In this document: positions 8,915 through 18,014 of the stretch, in pieces | Numbering within the stretch: position 1 is the stretch's first letter | Layout: each line of letters starts with the position of its first letter | Origin: a virus | Taxonomy: Duplodnaviria; Heunggongvirae; Uroviricota; Caudoviricetes | Virus record (IMG/VR): IMGVR_UViG_3300033074_000961 | Strand: one strand, 5' to 3' | Length of the DNA stretch: 64,000 bases | The notes under the pieces: generated by a model | The model's database searches: none | What the model saw: the letters and a program-made list of their open reading frames with translations, nothing else | Told to the model about the DNA's origin: nothing | Made by a program: the position numbers and the translations under genes

Positions 8915-9369
8915 GCCTTGGGCGATTTGTCAACTTCTTTCCATTCGCCTATGGCAATCAGTTCATTTTTGATAGCGGTCCAATCCGTCTCGGGTTCAAA
9001 CCCTGCACGGTCATCTAGGAGGACGCTGAAATAGAATTTTTTGTTGAAATCGCTCCGAGGCGTGTTCTTGGCGTGAGGATTGGAATTGATATAATCAAAA
9101 TGAATTCCTTCATCTTCCAACCAATTGTAAACTTCGAAGAGTCGAGCAATCGGAGTTGAAGTCCACAGAATGAGCATAATGTCTTTCCGCTTGCTCAACA
9201 TCTGGAGAACTTCCTTGGCATCGGGGTAGAACTTGTGCTCGTCGGTCTTATCATCAGACCCCTTGCCACTCGGGATGATAGTGCCGTGTAAATCAATACA
9301 GAAGTACACTTCAGGCCATCCCTTGACCTTCTTCATGTCAAATGTCTTTCTGATATTGAATAGGTTCAT
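8911..9369 (-). CDS. hypothetical protein, possibly HAD-like hydrolase fold
   Basis: FCIDLHGTII is only loosely similar to HAD motif I. Confidence 0.3.
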   Translation of the reverse strand: MNLFNIRKTFDMKKVKGWPEVYFCIDLHGTIIPSGKGSDDKTDEHKFYPDAKEVLQMLSKRKDIMLILWTSTPIARLFEVYNWLEDEGIHFDYINSNPHAKNTPRSDFNKKFYFSVLLDDRAGFEPETDWTAIKNELIAIGEWKEVDKSPKA

Positions 9370-9698
9370 CGTCGTTTCCTTCCGAGACGCATAAGATTGT
9401 GCATCTGCTTTTGTTCAAATATCTTTACCTGCAAGTGATGCCCTTCCTTAAACCTTTCGTCGGGAGCAGCAACCGCAGCACCGTCATAAGCAGCAAGCAC
9501 TTTCCTTACAGTATCTACCTTAATGGCGGCGAGTTGTTGAAGTTTGAACAACAAGGTCTCCGTTTGAGATTTATTCAACCCACGATGGACACAATGAAGG
9601 GCAATCCTGTGTTCAGGACTGCCCTTCTTTAGCAAATCCCCAGCCACGGCAGCAACTTCGTACTCCCGTTCTGTTAGGGGTTTGGCGTACTTATTCAC
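9366..9698 (-). CDS. hypothetical protein with possible C-terminal HTH (LTEREYEV)
   Basis: Weak similarity to LuxR / sigma region-4 HTH. Confidence 0.3.
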   Translation of the reverse strand: MNKYAKPLTEREYEVAAVAGDLLKKGSPEHRIALHCVHRGLNKSQTETLLFKLQQLAAIKVDTVRKVLAAYDGAAVAAPDERFKEGHHLQVKIFEQKQMHNLMRLGRKRR

Positions 9699-10470
9699 GG
9701 CGGAAGGTTGGGATTGGGGCCAACTTGTGCAGAGTGGCAGCGTGCCGAGTCGTGTAGATTTCCAGCACTTGCTTCTGCCGAGGGGTTAATCCTTCAAGCA
9801 GGACCGTGGAGTAGCACCCCTTGCCATCTTCCACCCACTTCATTGCCCATTCCAGTTCCTCGTACGATGCACCAATGGCATCTTCATCCGTGCGGGTGTC
9901 CGCCCACAGACCATCCGTAGGAACTGCCTCAGAGAGTTCTGGCAGCACGCCCAAGTCACGGCACATCTGCCGCACTTCGGTCTTGGTCAAGTCGGAGATA
10001 GGAGAAATGTCCACACCACCATCACCATACTTGGTGAAGAAACCGATACCAAAGTCTTCCACCTTATTGCCGGTGCCTACTACGAACGCACCCTTGCAGC
10101 ACGCCACTTGATAAAGAGCAATCATGCGAAGGCGACTCTTCGTATTGGCAAAGGCAAGGTCATTGTTGTAGTCAATGCGGACTTCTTCACGAAACGCTTC
10201 AAACGTAGTCGTAAGGTCAATCTTGTGGAAAACTACATTGTTGTAGTTATCCTGCAACCAGTCAATGTGCTTTTCACCACGACTGGTTTGGTCGCCCTTG
10301 GTTTGACATGGAAGAATGACGCAGTGGGTCGGGAGTCCCGTCATTGCACAGAGGGTGGACACCAATGCGGAATCAACACCACCCGATACGCCAATTACCC
10401 AACCTTTGGCACCATTCTTTTTTGCGTAGTTATTCAACCACGCCACGATTTCATTTGCTAGTTCTTTCAT
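9691..10470 (-). CDS. nadE: NH3-dependent NAD+ synthetase
   Basis: PP-loop GVSGGVDSALV; 259-aa length and overall NadE architecture. Confidence 0.85.
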   Translation of the reverse strand: MKELANEIVAWLNNYAKKNGAKGWVIGVSGGVDSALVSTLCAMTGLPTHCVILPCQTKGDQTSRGEKHIDWLQDNYNNVVFHKIDLTTTFEAFREEVRIDYNNDLAFANTKSRLRMIALYQVACCKGAFVVGTGNKVEDFGIGFFTKYGDGGVDISPISDLTKTEVRQMCRDLGVLPELSEAVPTDGLWADTRTDEDAIGASYEELEWAMKWVEDGKGCYSTVLLEGLTPRQKQVLEIYTTRHAATLHKLAPIPTFRRE

Positions 10471-10471
10471 A

Positions 10472-10681
10472 TTAGAAACACTCCGTCTTTTTTGTTACAC
10501 CGAATTTCTTCATTGTTCTCTTCATGTCCGCAACCGCATCCCGCTTACGTTTGAAGGGAAGTCGGTTGGTAATCCACGCATCAGCAAACATACCGGGACC
10601 AAACCAAATGGGACATGCCCATTCCCATTGCCTATCAAGGCGACGGTTGAGGGTTCTGCGATAGGAGACAATCTCTTTCAT
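10472..10681 (-). CDS. hypothetical small protein
   Basis: 69-aa ORF between nadE and pncB. Confidence 0.3.
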   Translation of the reverse strand: MKEIVSYRRTLNRRLDRQWEWACPIWFGPGMFADAWITNRLPFKRKRDAVADMKRTMKKFGVTKKTECF

Positions 10682-11874
10682 GCTCCAATCTCCTGTAATG
10701 CCCGTTGAATTGCAGCGGCATCGCCTGTGTGCTTGCCAGCGTCATCCGAGAGCTTGACCACGGGAATCATACCTTGCCCGAAGTCAGCAGCAGTCAGTTT
10801 GATAACCATATTCAGCGGTTTGACTCCAACATCGTTAGTGAAGTTCGTTCCGATACCACCAACCGGCTGAGCAACTTTGCGATACTTATGGTCAATCGCC
10901 ACATAGTTGTAGTTTTTGCCAGCCATCACTTGGTCCTTCGGGGCAACCCCGAGACTGTCACTGAACACGAGACGCTTACCAATGGGATTGATACGCATAC
11001 GAGCGTAGAACGGCAGTACCTTATTGTCTGCCCAATCATAGGGTACACCCGAGTCTTGCCGCAGTCCATCGTACAGGTGAGCATCGTACTTCTCAAACTG
11101 ACGAAGGAAAAAGTCGGTCGTGAAAGTATCACTAAGAGATACACCAACATCACCCTCAAAGTGCTCTGCCCACACTTTGCGCCACATTTTGTCTGCCATG
11201 CGAACACCGTACAGTGCCGACATTGCCATAATGCATTCGTGGGCGTATGTGCCATGAGGGGTCACACCATACTTGAAAGCGAAATAGGGATTGCTCGTGC
11301 CGAGGAATCCATTAAGCATACGCATCTGTTTAACGACGGCTTCTTGAATCCTCTTGGCGAAACGACGGCGAGTGCCGAAGTCAATCCAGTGGCATCCCTC
11401 AGTCTGTAGGAGCACGCCTTTGTTCTCAATCCGTTGTTCCCACTCAGCATCGGGTTCTTGTCCCGTCATAATGAAATACAACTCGGAAATGATTGCCATG
11501 AGTTTGACTTCCCAGTAAATCGTGCGATACCACGGACCACGGATTTTGATACGAAGGTCTCCACCCTCTTGGGTAATGGTCACTTCATTGGGATTCATCT
11601 GATACCCATACAACCATTCAACATAGGTCGGGCGCATGTAAGGAATCTTCTTGAGCCAATCTGCCTCAAGATTGGTTAGACCAATGTGAGACAGCAAGTT
11701 GATTTGATGCTGTAGGTTTTCGGCAAACCCCTCGGGAAACTGAGTTTTGCCCCGGTTGAAGAAGGTGTACTCCACAATGGCACGGGGAAACATATGGAAG
11801 ACCACAGACCCCATGTTAATCTTGTAGAGGTCATCGTCCAACATGCTTGTGATAATCGGGCCTTTCACGTTCAT
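10678..11874 (-). CDS. pncB: nicotinate phosphoribosyltransferase
   Basis: DLYKINM N-terminus and GTSNPYFAFKYG region typical of PncB; 398 aa. Confidence 0.8.
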   Translation of the reverse strand: MNVKGPIITSMLDDDLYKINMGSVVFHMFPRAIVEYTFFNRGKTQFPEGFAENLQHQINLLSHIGLTNLEADWLKKIPYMRPTYVEWLYGYQMNPNEVTITQEGGDLRIKIRGPWYRTIYWEVKLMAIISELYFIMTGQEPDAEWEQRIENKGVLLQTEGCHWIDFGTRRRFAKRIQEAVVKQMRMLNGFLGTSNPYFAFKYGVTPHGTYAHECIMAMSALYGVRMADKMWRKVWAEHFEGDVGVSLSDTFTTDFFLRQFEKYDAHLYDGLRQDSGVPYDWADNKVLPFYARMRINPIGKRLVFSDSLGVAPKDQVMAGKNYNYVAIDHKYRKVAQPVGGIGTNFTNDVGVKPLNMVIKLTAADFGQGMIPVVKLSDDAGKHTGDAAAIQRALQEIGA

Positions 11875-11877
11875 GGT

Positions 11878-11912
11878 GTTATCCTATCACAGTGGTATAA
11901 AAAGTCAAGCTC
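11878..11912 (-). promoter_or_regulatory. σ70-like promoter (TTGACT-N16-TGnTAGGAT) upstream of pncB
   Basis: CTTGACTttttataccactgTGaTAGGATaacaccATG on the minus strand. Confidence 0.4.
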
Positions 11913-12204
11913 CCAATCCAAGAATCTCTCTAAGTCTCTTGGAAGGAGGGTTGTTCAACTTCCGGCGTTGGTCTCCCCACCACCGATTCTTTCTGAACCA
12001 CTTGGCAATGTCTCGCTTTACCAAGGGTCTGCCTAAACGATGTTCAAAGCATCCAATGCAAATGATAGCGGTGGCATTCTCACGCATTACGAATTTCCAC
12101 AATCCATTATTGACATAAAAATCTTCTCCCCGTCTCCACGGGTGACACCCACAGTCAACACAAGGCCAGTGACGCTTGTTATCGTTATGTAGTCTGGAAA
12201 TCAT
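11905..12204 (-). CDS. Cys-rich hypothetical protein
   Basis: CVDCGCHPW...CIGCFEH. Overlaps the downstream start by 4 nt. Confidence 0.35.
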   Translation of the reverse strand: MISRLHNDNKRHWPCVDCGCHPWRRGEDFYVNNGLWKFVMRENATAIICIGCFEHRLGRPLVKRDIAKWFRKNRWWGDQRRKLNNPPSKRLREILGLGA

Positions 12205-13925
12205 TTGCGTTTGATTTGATGAAAGCTGTTGCCATTGATAAAGAAAATGCCATCGCTGGTTGAGAACAACTTCATAGTGCTATCAAATGGAGGATTCTGC
12301 AACGTTTCAACCTGAGTGGCAGTGGCGAACAATTCCAATTCGTCGGGACTCGCCAGCAAAGCACACATACCATTCTCCATCACTGTGAAGTTGATAGTAT
12401 CATATGCCACGTCATCCACTTTGCGAACATCGCACGAGTTGTATGCCTTGTTGAAAATGATAATGAAGCGATCATATTGACCCTTCTTTTCACCGAGGAC
12501 CACAACTACATTCCGTTCTGCCTTGGCACCGACAATACGATACCCGTCCAACTGTGGGACGTGCTTGCTGAAACACGCACCTTGTTTGTATGGCAAGGTC
12601 AGATACATCTTGCCGAGCAAGTCCTGTACCACACAACCATCGTACATCTTGGAAGTAGTAACCGAGACGTTGGCAATTTCAATAGCACGACGAACCATTT
12701 TGTTGCCGAATGCCGTGAAGGAGTTCTCCATCAACTTACCGTGGGCAATGGTATAGATGCTGTTGTTCCTTGCGAACATTTCATTGCTCGTTGCCGTGCC
12801 AATAGGTTCACTAGCAGTAAGAGTCTTGAAGACTATCTTATTGCTATTGTCTTGTTGAGCAGTAATGAGAGTGCCATCCGATGCCGAGCAGAGAGTAATC
12901 TTCTTGGCATTATGCGTACCAATCTCTTTCTTGTTGGCATAGATATGGGTCTTAGTTGCCACGTAGTAGATGCCCAAGATTTGTTGAATTGCCAAGATAG
13001 GATTGGTATAGGCAGCGATTTCACTGACACCAATCTTATCCGTGCCTTGGATAGTGATAACTTGAGTGGGCACAAGCAAGGGCACACTACTATCTGCCAG
13101 CGGTGGAACACCACGCTCACCATTCAAGAACACTCGTTTGAACCAATCCAAGTGACGGCCCGGGATGACTTTGAAATCATTAACCGATGGAGGGACACGC
13201 ACTCCGCTATGGAATACGCTAATACCGTCGTCCATTTGCTTCGCCTTATCCTTGGGTTTGTAGTTGGGGTGAGTCCCACGATAAGGATGGATATTGGTAT
13301 AGAGCCAGAACGTCAGCACAGACCACGAGAACCAATCCGACTCAATGGTGGGATTGTAGTGCATAGTTCCACCCTTGTCAAAGGTAGTAACTTTCCTATC
13401 TCTCACCGAGTCCATAATAGCAGTTGCTCTGAACGATGGAGTGGAGTAACTATCCGTATCAATAAACCACGGCGTAAGATTGCTTCCCTTTTGTTCGGCA
13501 AGAATGTTCAACTCATTCAAGTCCACAATGAGACATTGAGCGGAGTGAACGTCGGCAACCACCTTCTGCATTTCTTTGACAAGGTGATTAACCATATGGA
13601 AGTCAATGTTGTTCGCATCCTTGAATGTGCGGGTGAAGAACTTCAAGAGCGGTTCAACGTTGTCCACGAAGCGGGTAGTGTACCCGAGCGGTTTGCCGTT
13701 CTTCGGGTCAAAGATGATTTCTTGTGGGATGACTACTTGGGGATTCTTAATCAATCCCAACTCCTGCATTTTCTTTGGCGGGAGCATCTTCTGGTCGGGG
13801 TCATGGTACAACTTATACGCCATGCCACTTTGGACATAGATTGCCGCTTCACCGCCAGCTGCCAAGTAGTTCTTGTCAGTAATGGTGATTACGCCACTGT
13901 TGCCTATTTTGACTTTCTGGTTCAT
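12201..13925 (-). CDS. protein-kinase-like (ePK/RIO/Kdo-like fold) protein with C-terminal extension
   Basis: Gly-rich loop AAGGEAAIYV, lysine in AYKLY, catalytic-loop-like IVDLNELNIL, FIDTDS (DFG-like). Confidence 0.5.
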   Translation of the reverse strand: MNQKVKIGNSGVITITDKNYLAAGGEAAIYVQSGMAYKLYHDPDQKMLPPKKMQELGLIKNPQVVIPQEIIFDPKNGKPLGYTTRFVDNVEPLLKFFTRTFKDANNIDFHMVNHLVKEMQKVVADVHSAQCLIVDLNELNILAEQKGSNLTPWFIDTDSYSTPSFRATAIMDSVRDRKVTTFDKGGTMHYNPTIESDWFSWSVLTFWLYTNIHPYRGTHPNYKPKDKAKQMDDGISVFHSGVRVPPSVNDFKVIPGRHLDWFKRVFLNGERGVPPLADSSVPLLVPTQVITIQGTDKIGVSEIAAYTNPILAIQQILGIYYVATKTHIYANKKEIGTHNAKKITLCSASDGTLITAQQDNSNKIVFKTLTASEPIGTATSNEMFARNNSIYTIAHGKLMENSFTAFGNKMVRRAIEIANVSVTTSKMYDGCVVQDLLGKMYLTLPYKQGACFSKHVPQLDGYRIVGAKAERNVVVVLGEKKGQYDRFIIIFNKAYNSCDVRKVDDVAYDTINFTVMENGMCALLASPDELELFATATQVETLQNPPFDSTMKLFSTSDGIFFINGNSFHQIKRK

Positions 13926-14701
13926 ACCACAATTGCCGCTACGGAAATATCGTCGGAATGCTTAATGCCTTCCTTCTCACATTTCCTTTTGAATGCCGCA
14001 AGACGACGGAGAACGAATTCGCCCTCGGTTGTCTTGTATCCCGTGAACTCGTCAACGAGGCTAGTCCATAGGATAGGTTCATTATCTGCACGACGAAAAC
14101 TATTGATACCATCCGAAATAACTGCAATGATGTCTCCCGGCTCCACGGTCGCATCAAAACTATATGGTTCAAGTGGCTTGGTGTTGACTTGAACAGTCTT
14201 GCCGAGGATAGTCACGGCGACTTCCTTCTTATTATCCTCTATGTTCTCGTAGGCTTGTCGCCTTAGAGGGTCAAGTTGATAAGCAAGGTAGTCAGGTGCT
14301 CCGCTAGTAAGATGGATATGGATACTATTGACGCCTAGTTTGGTTCTATGAACCAAGACACCATCACCATACATACGAGCAGTCAGTTTACCTTCCTTCA
14401 CCCACGCCACAAGCAACGTCGCATCCAATGCTTGAGAATGGAGATAAGGGAAGACATCAAATACTCGTTGGGCATTGTGGATAACATCCTGCCCCCACAG
14501 TTTGGCATCACTTTCCAATCCCAAACGAATCTGTCTCTTGGCAGACATGGCAAGACAACGAGCACCGAAGTCCACGTCGGGAGAAGCGGAGCATCCATCA
14601 CATACTACTGCATATGTCTTGCCTGCGATTTCCCCTGTGAGAGCATAGTCCTCACATACAATGTGGTCTTTGCCGATTTGATATGTACTGTTGGCGTTCA
14701 T
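13922..14701 (-). CDS. PP2C-family Ser/Thr protein phosphatase
   Basis: AVVCDGCSAS, VISDGI, DDISV metal-binding motifs. ATGA overlap with the kinase gene. Confidence 0.65.
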   Translation of the reverse strand: MNANSTYQIGKDHIVCEDYALTGEIAGKTYAVVCDGCSASPDVDFGARCLAMSAKRQIRLGLESDAKLWGQDVIHNAQRVFDVFPYLHSQALDATLLVAWVKEGKLTARMYGDGVLVHRTKLGVNSIHIHLTSGAPDYLAYQLDPLRRQAYENIEDNKKEVAVTILGKTVQVNTKPLEPYSFDATVEPGDIIAVISDGINSFRRADNEPILWTSLVDEFTGYKTTEGEFVLRRLAAFKRKCEKEGIKHSDDISVAAIVV

Positions 14702-15069
14702 TTAGATAAATCAATTTCGTTCAGTAGGTTGATGCTTCGGATGGTTGTGCCACAAATATGACACTTATCGGCGGGTCCACATTGAGCAGAACATATTCCA
14801 AGATGCCCCGTTGTAGAAACCATACCATGATTGCCCCACGTTGAGCGGTTGGTCCATTCTTCAAGGAGAGCATACATCTCGTCAAATCGCTTTTGTTTAA
14901 GCGTATTCGCCTCTCTTGCCTCTTTCAAATCAAGAGCAATCCGAAGGATACCCATTTCATTGATAGGGCCAGAACGAAGTTCACCTTCATTCTCTATCAA
15001 TTCTTCAAGCAGATTTTGTGGAACTCGCATTTTTCGTAATTTGTTGAATGATGTGCGACGTGGAATCAA
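14698..15069 (-). CDS. hypothetical protein
   Basis: 123-aa ORF with C-terminal Cys cluster. Confidence 0.35.
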   Translation of the reverse strand: MIPRRTSFNKLRKMRVPQNLLEELIENEGELRSGPINEMGILRIALDLKEAREANTLKQKRFDEMYALLEEWTNRSTWGNHGMVSTTGHLGICSAQCGPADKCHICGTTIRSINLLNEIDLSK

Positions 15070-15490
15070 ACTGCATCACGTCGGGGACAATGACTACTTC
15101 CGCTTTGTTCGGGTTCACCACGTCTTCGGGTTTGAAATTCGTATTCTTAAAGAGCACTGTGGGATGGAAGGAATTACAAGCAATCTCCCAATCATTCAAG
15201 CTGCCCATGATGAATGTTATGTCAACGCATTCCAACGCATTAACAATCATTACTCGTTGATGCTCCGATATGACTGGTCTATTCGGACCTTTGACCTTGC
15301 GTATAAAGTCATCGCAGTCCACGCCCACAATGAGGACATCACACATACGCTTGCATTTCTGCAAGTAAGCAAGGTGTAGTGAGTGGAATAAGTCAAAGCA
15401 TCCCGAAGTCAAACCAATGACGGGACTCTTCCCGAAGTAGTGGAATGAGATAAGGTCTTTGTCTCGTGTGCTGCGAATATCTATCAACAT
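15005..15490 (-). CDS. cytidylyltransferase-like nucleotidyltransferase (HxGH family)
   Basis: LTSGCFDLFHSLHLAYL matches GxFDxxHxGH of RfaE-II / TagD / NMNAT-type enzymes. Confidence 0.5.
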   Translation of the reverse strand: MLIDIRSTRDKDLISFHYFGKSPVIGLTSGCFDLFHSLHLAYLQKCKRMCDVLIVGVDCDDFIRKVKGPNRPVISEHQRVMIVNALECVDITFIMGSLNDWEIACNSFHPTVLFKNTNFKPEDVVNPNKAEVVIVPDVMQFDSTSHIIQQITKNASSTKSA

Positions 15491-15491
15491 A

Positions 15492-15746
15492 TTAGTCCTT
15501 CGGGTGTTCTCCGAATTGGAGAAAGTAGCTCAATCTCCACGAGTAGGCACAGGTGAATTCGTGTCGCCCATCCTCGGTCGTTCCCAAAACGAAAGCATTG
15601 TAATTTCTGTCCACACACCACTTGATGCATCGGTCAAAATCCCACAGGATAGGAAATGTAAAGATTTTGTTGGTCTTCGCATATCCATCATCTTCTTCCA
15701 TCGGGTCTGGACGCTCTTGAACTTCACTTTCAACGATGGCAGTCAT
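15492..15746 (-). CDS. hypothetical protein
   Basis: 84-aa ORF. Confidence 0.3.
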   Translation of the reverse strand: MTAIVESEVQERPDPMEEDDGYAKTNKIFTFPILWDFDRCIKWCVDRNYNAFVLGTTEDGRHEFTCAYSWRLSYFLQFGEHPKD

Positions 15747-16308
15747 AGTTGCTTATTGTTTTGCACATTTTAAGAAATTGGTCTTGAGGCATATCCCATT
15801 TCATGTTATTGACAATTGAGTGTACCCATTGCACATTTCCTTTAATGTATCCTTTGGACGAATCTATTCTATCCAACGATGCTGTTCCTTGTACCCGTCC
15901 ATGATTAGCACCAAATACAAGCGGGAGACCCGAAAGAGCACACTTCCTATTCTGTTTGATGAACAAATCCCATATCTCGTGGATGGTTAACTCGAATATG
16001 ATTTTCCGTGCCTTGGCATTGTACGAAATAGATTTGAAAAACCTACTGGAAATCTCTTTGTGACCTTTCCAACTCTTATGTGTTTCTCCGTAGGTGTAAT
16101 GAGAACATCCGCATGATTGGGTATGCCCACTTTTCAAATGAACTGCTTGTACTCTCTTTTTATTCCCACAATCGCAGTGACACTGCCATTGGGTTTGTCC
16201 GTTGATGCTTGGTAATCTATGTAAAACTACCAGTTTGCCAAATCGTTTATTTGTTAAATCAATAAGTTTCATATTATTCATCCCTATGTAGGTTGTTATA
16301 CCATACAT
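15730..16308 (-). mobile_element. free-standing HNH homing endonuclease (paralog of 36363..36950)
   Basis: CHCDCG Zn finger plus ASLDRIDSSKGYIKGNVQWV HNH motif. Shares long near-identical peptides with ORF 36363..36950. Confidence 0.65.
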
Positions 16309-16332
16309 AGGGATAAATATGATTCAAGTCCA

Positions 16333-17082
16333 CTAAAACTTGAAGTTATTGAGTGGAACGCTAGATTTTCCGCTTCCAAGGGCCGTGCTCGTTGAGCTAA
16401 TTGATTGACTCACAAAATCTGCGAGTTTAGCAATTTTGCCCGGGGTCGCTCGACCTATCGAAATGTACTGATCAAAACCACCATCGTCCTTGACGGTCTG
16501 GAGATAGGTATTCAAACTAATGTCGTCCTGAGTCACACCCACCAAAATCAGGAGGATGCTCTCAAGGTTCTCGGAGCGGCGAACTGCCTGCAACGATTTC
16601 TTGACTTGTGCGGGGTCCATGATGGCACCACAGTTGTTCTCACCGTCAGTAACGGCGACCACAATGGCGTTCACCAAGAAGTCCTGACTCGTCAATTGCT
16701 TGCCATAAGTGCCCGTGGCTTGGAGGGCTTCGTCCACTGCCTCAAAGAGAGCAGTGCTACCACCGAGTTGGAGAATGTTGTCATAATCCTTCTCGTTGAT
16801 AGTGGAGAGAAGCTTGAACCCGTGCAATTCAGTCAACCTATTGGCGAACTGAGTGAGACGGAGCATGAGGTTGTCACGCCGAGGCGACTTGTCACATGCC
16901 TTGAAGATGGTCTTCAATGCCTGTTCCAGTTGCACAGCGTAACCCTCGACGGAGCTGCTGGCATCCATCACGATGGTTGCCAGAGTGTACTCAGCGGCAC
17001 CGAGATCGTTAATCTTAGTGGCACTGAATTTGTATCCCGAACCTGCGTTCAGGTTTTCAAGGTTTTTGCTAAGTAAGCTCAT
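16333..17082 (-). CDS. von Willebrand factor A (vWA) domain protein
   Basis: MIDAS motif VMDASSSVEG; LGGSTAL. Confidence 0.6.
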   Translation of the reverse strand: MSLLSKNLENLNAGSGYKFSATKINDLGAAEYTLATIVMDASSSVEGYAVQLEQALKTIFKACDKSPRRDNLMLRLTQFANRLTELHGFKLLSTINEKDYDNILQLGGSTALFEAVDEALQATGTYGKQLTSQDFLVNAIVVAVTDGENNCGAIMDPAQVKKSLQAVRRSENLESILLILVGVTQDDISLNTYLQTVKDDGGFDQYISIGRATPGKIAKLADFVSQSISSTSTALGSGKSSVPLNNFKF

Positions 17083-17118
17083 AACTTGATATTCTGTTAT
17101 TGGTTGATGTTGATAGAA

Positions 17119-17997
17119 TTACCAGTCAGTCGTGCGAGTGACCTTCATTCCCTTGCCAACCATTTCCTTCACGAAGTCCTGACCGAGCTTCTCAAACGTA
17201 CCCACGTTCGAGGACGTGTCTTCCAGAAGGGTGAACTTCTGAACTTGGTCAACGCCGAAGTTGGCGGCAATGTCACGGATGGTGTTCGCAACGCAGTGCG
17301 ACAATGCTTCACCCGTAATGAGGATTTCATCTGCCTCAGTAAGTGTATCAATGAGGGCAGTGTTGAGACCCGTGCTTGGGTCTTGGTCGTCCGGCACGTC
17401 AGCCATCACGCCCGAGTAGTGTTCCGTAAACAAATTGGAACCCTTGGCGACGAAGTTGACTCGTTGGAAGTCCGCTTCCCACTCATACAGAGCGGCGGCG
17501 ACAGACGGCACGATGGAGTGACCCCACGTACCAATGAGACAGTGCGGCGGCCAAATCACCAACACGTAGCGACCATTCTTCTTCAAGGTCTCCACGTAAT
17601 TGAGGGCACGGCCCTGCCACTTCGGATTGTAGGCACGCCACGTTCCATTCTTCACGTCATCCTCAGTAATGAGGGTGAAGGGATTGGGACGCTCGCCCTT
17701 GGAATTGACCCAGAAGGCGGGGTGAGCAATGTGTACCAACTGGTGAGAATCCAGTGTGCAGTGAATTTGCTCAATGCGTTTCTTGTTCTTGACGATGAAT
17801 TTCGCCAAGCGATCCATGTCCGCATCAGCACCAGCAACTACCAGTGCGCCTTTCTCGTGCCCGAAGCGTGCAGTTTTGGCGTCTGCCCCGGGAGCCAGCG
17901 GAATGCAAAAATCATTCTGCGGATCGATTGTTATTAGATGTACGTTTTTTGTTGCCATAACTATGTGTCTTTCTTGTTTGTTTTCAGTCCCCGACAC
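17119..17997 (-). CDS. pncA: nicotinamidase (isochorismatase family)
   Basis: LITIDPQNDFC signature of PncA-type hydrolases; catalytic Cys region HCL. Confidence 0.65.
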   Translation of the reverse strand: MSGTENKQERHIVMATKNVHLITIDPQNDFCIPLAPGADAKTARFGHEKGALVVAGADADMDRLAKFIVKNKKRIEQIHCTLDSHQLVHIAHPAFWVNSKGERPNPFTLITEDDVKNGTWRAYNPKWQGRALNYVETLKKNGRYVLVIWPPHCLIGTWGHSIVPSVAAALYEWEADFQRVNFVAKGSNLFTEHYSGVMADVPDDQDPSTGLNTALIDTLTEADEILITGEALSHCVANTIRDIAANFGVDQVQKFTLLEDTSSNVGTFEKLGQDFVKEMVGKGMKVTRTTDW

Positions 17998-18014
17998 GGG
18001 ACTAAAGTGTTTGT

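Noticed and set aside
12477-14192. 571-aa plus-strand ORF antisense to the kinase/PP2C genes
   Set aside because: No recognisable motifs. The opposite-strand genes carry kinase and PP2C signatures and are translationally coupled (ATGA overlaps) to same-strand neighbours. Long antisense frames like this are common shadows.
16405-17937. Plus-strand ORFs 16405..17076 and 17086..17937 antisense to the vWA and pncA genes
   Set aside because: Shadows of well-supported minus-strand genes.
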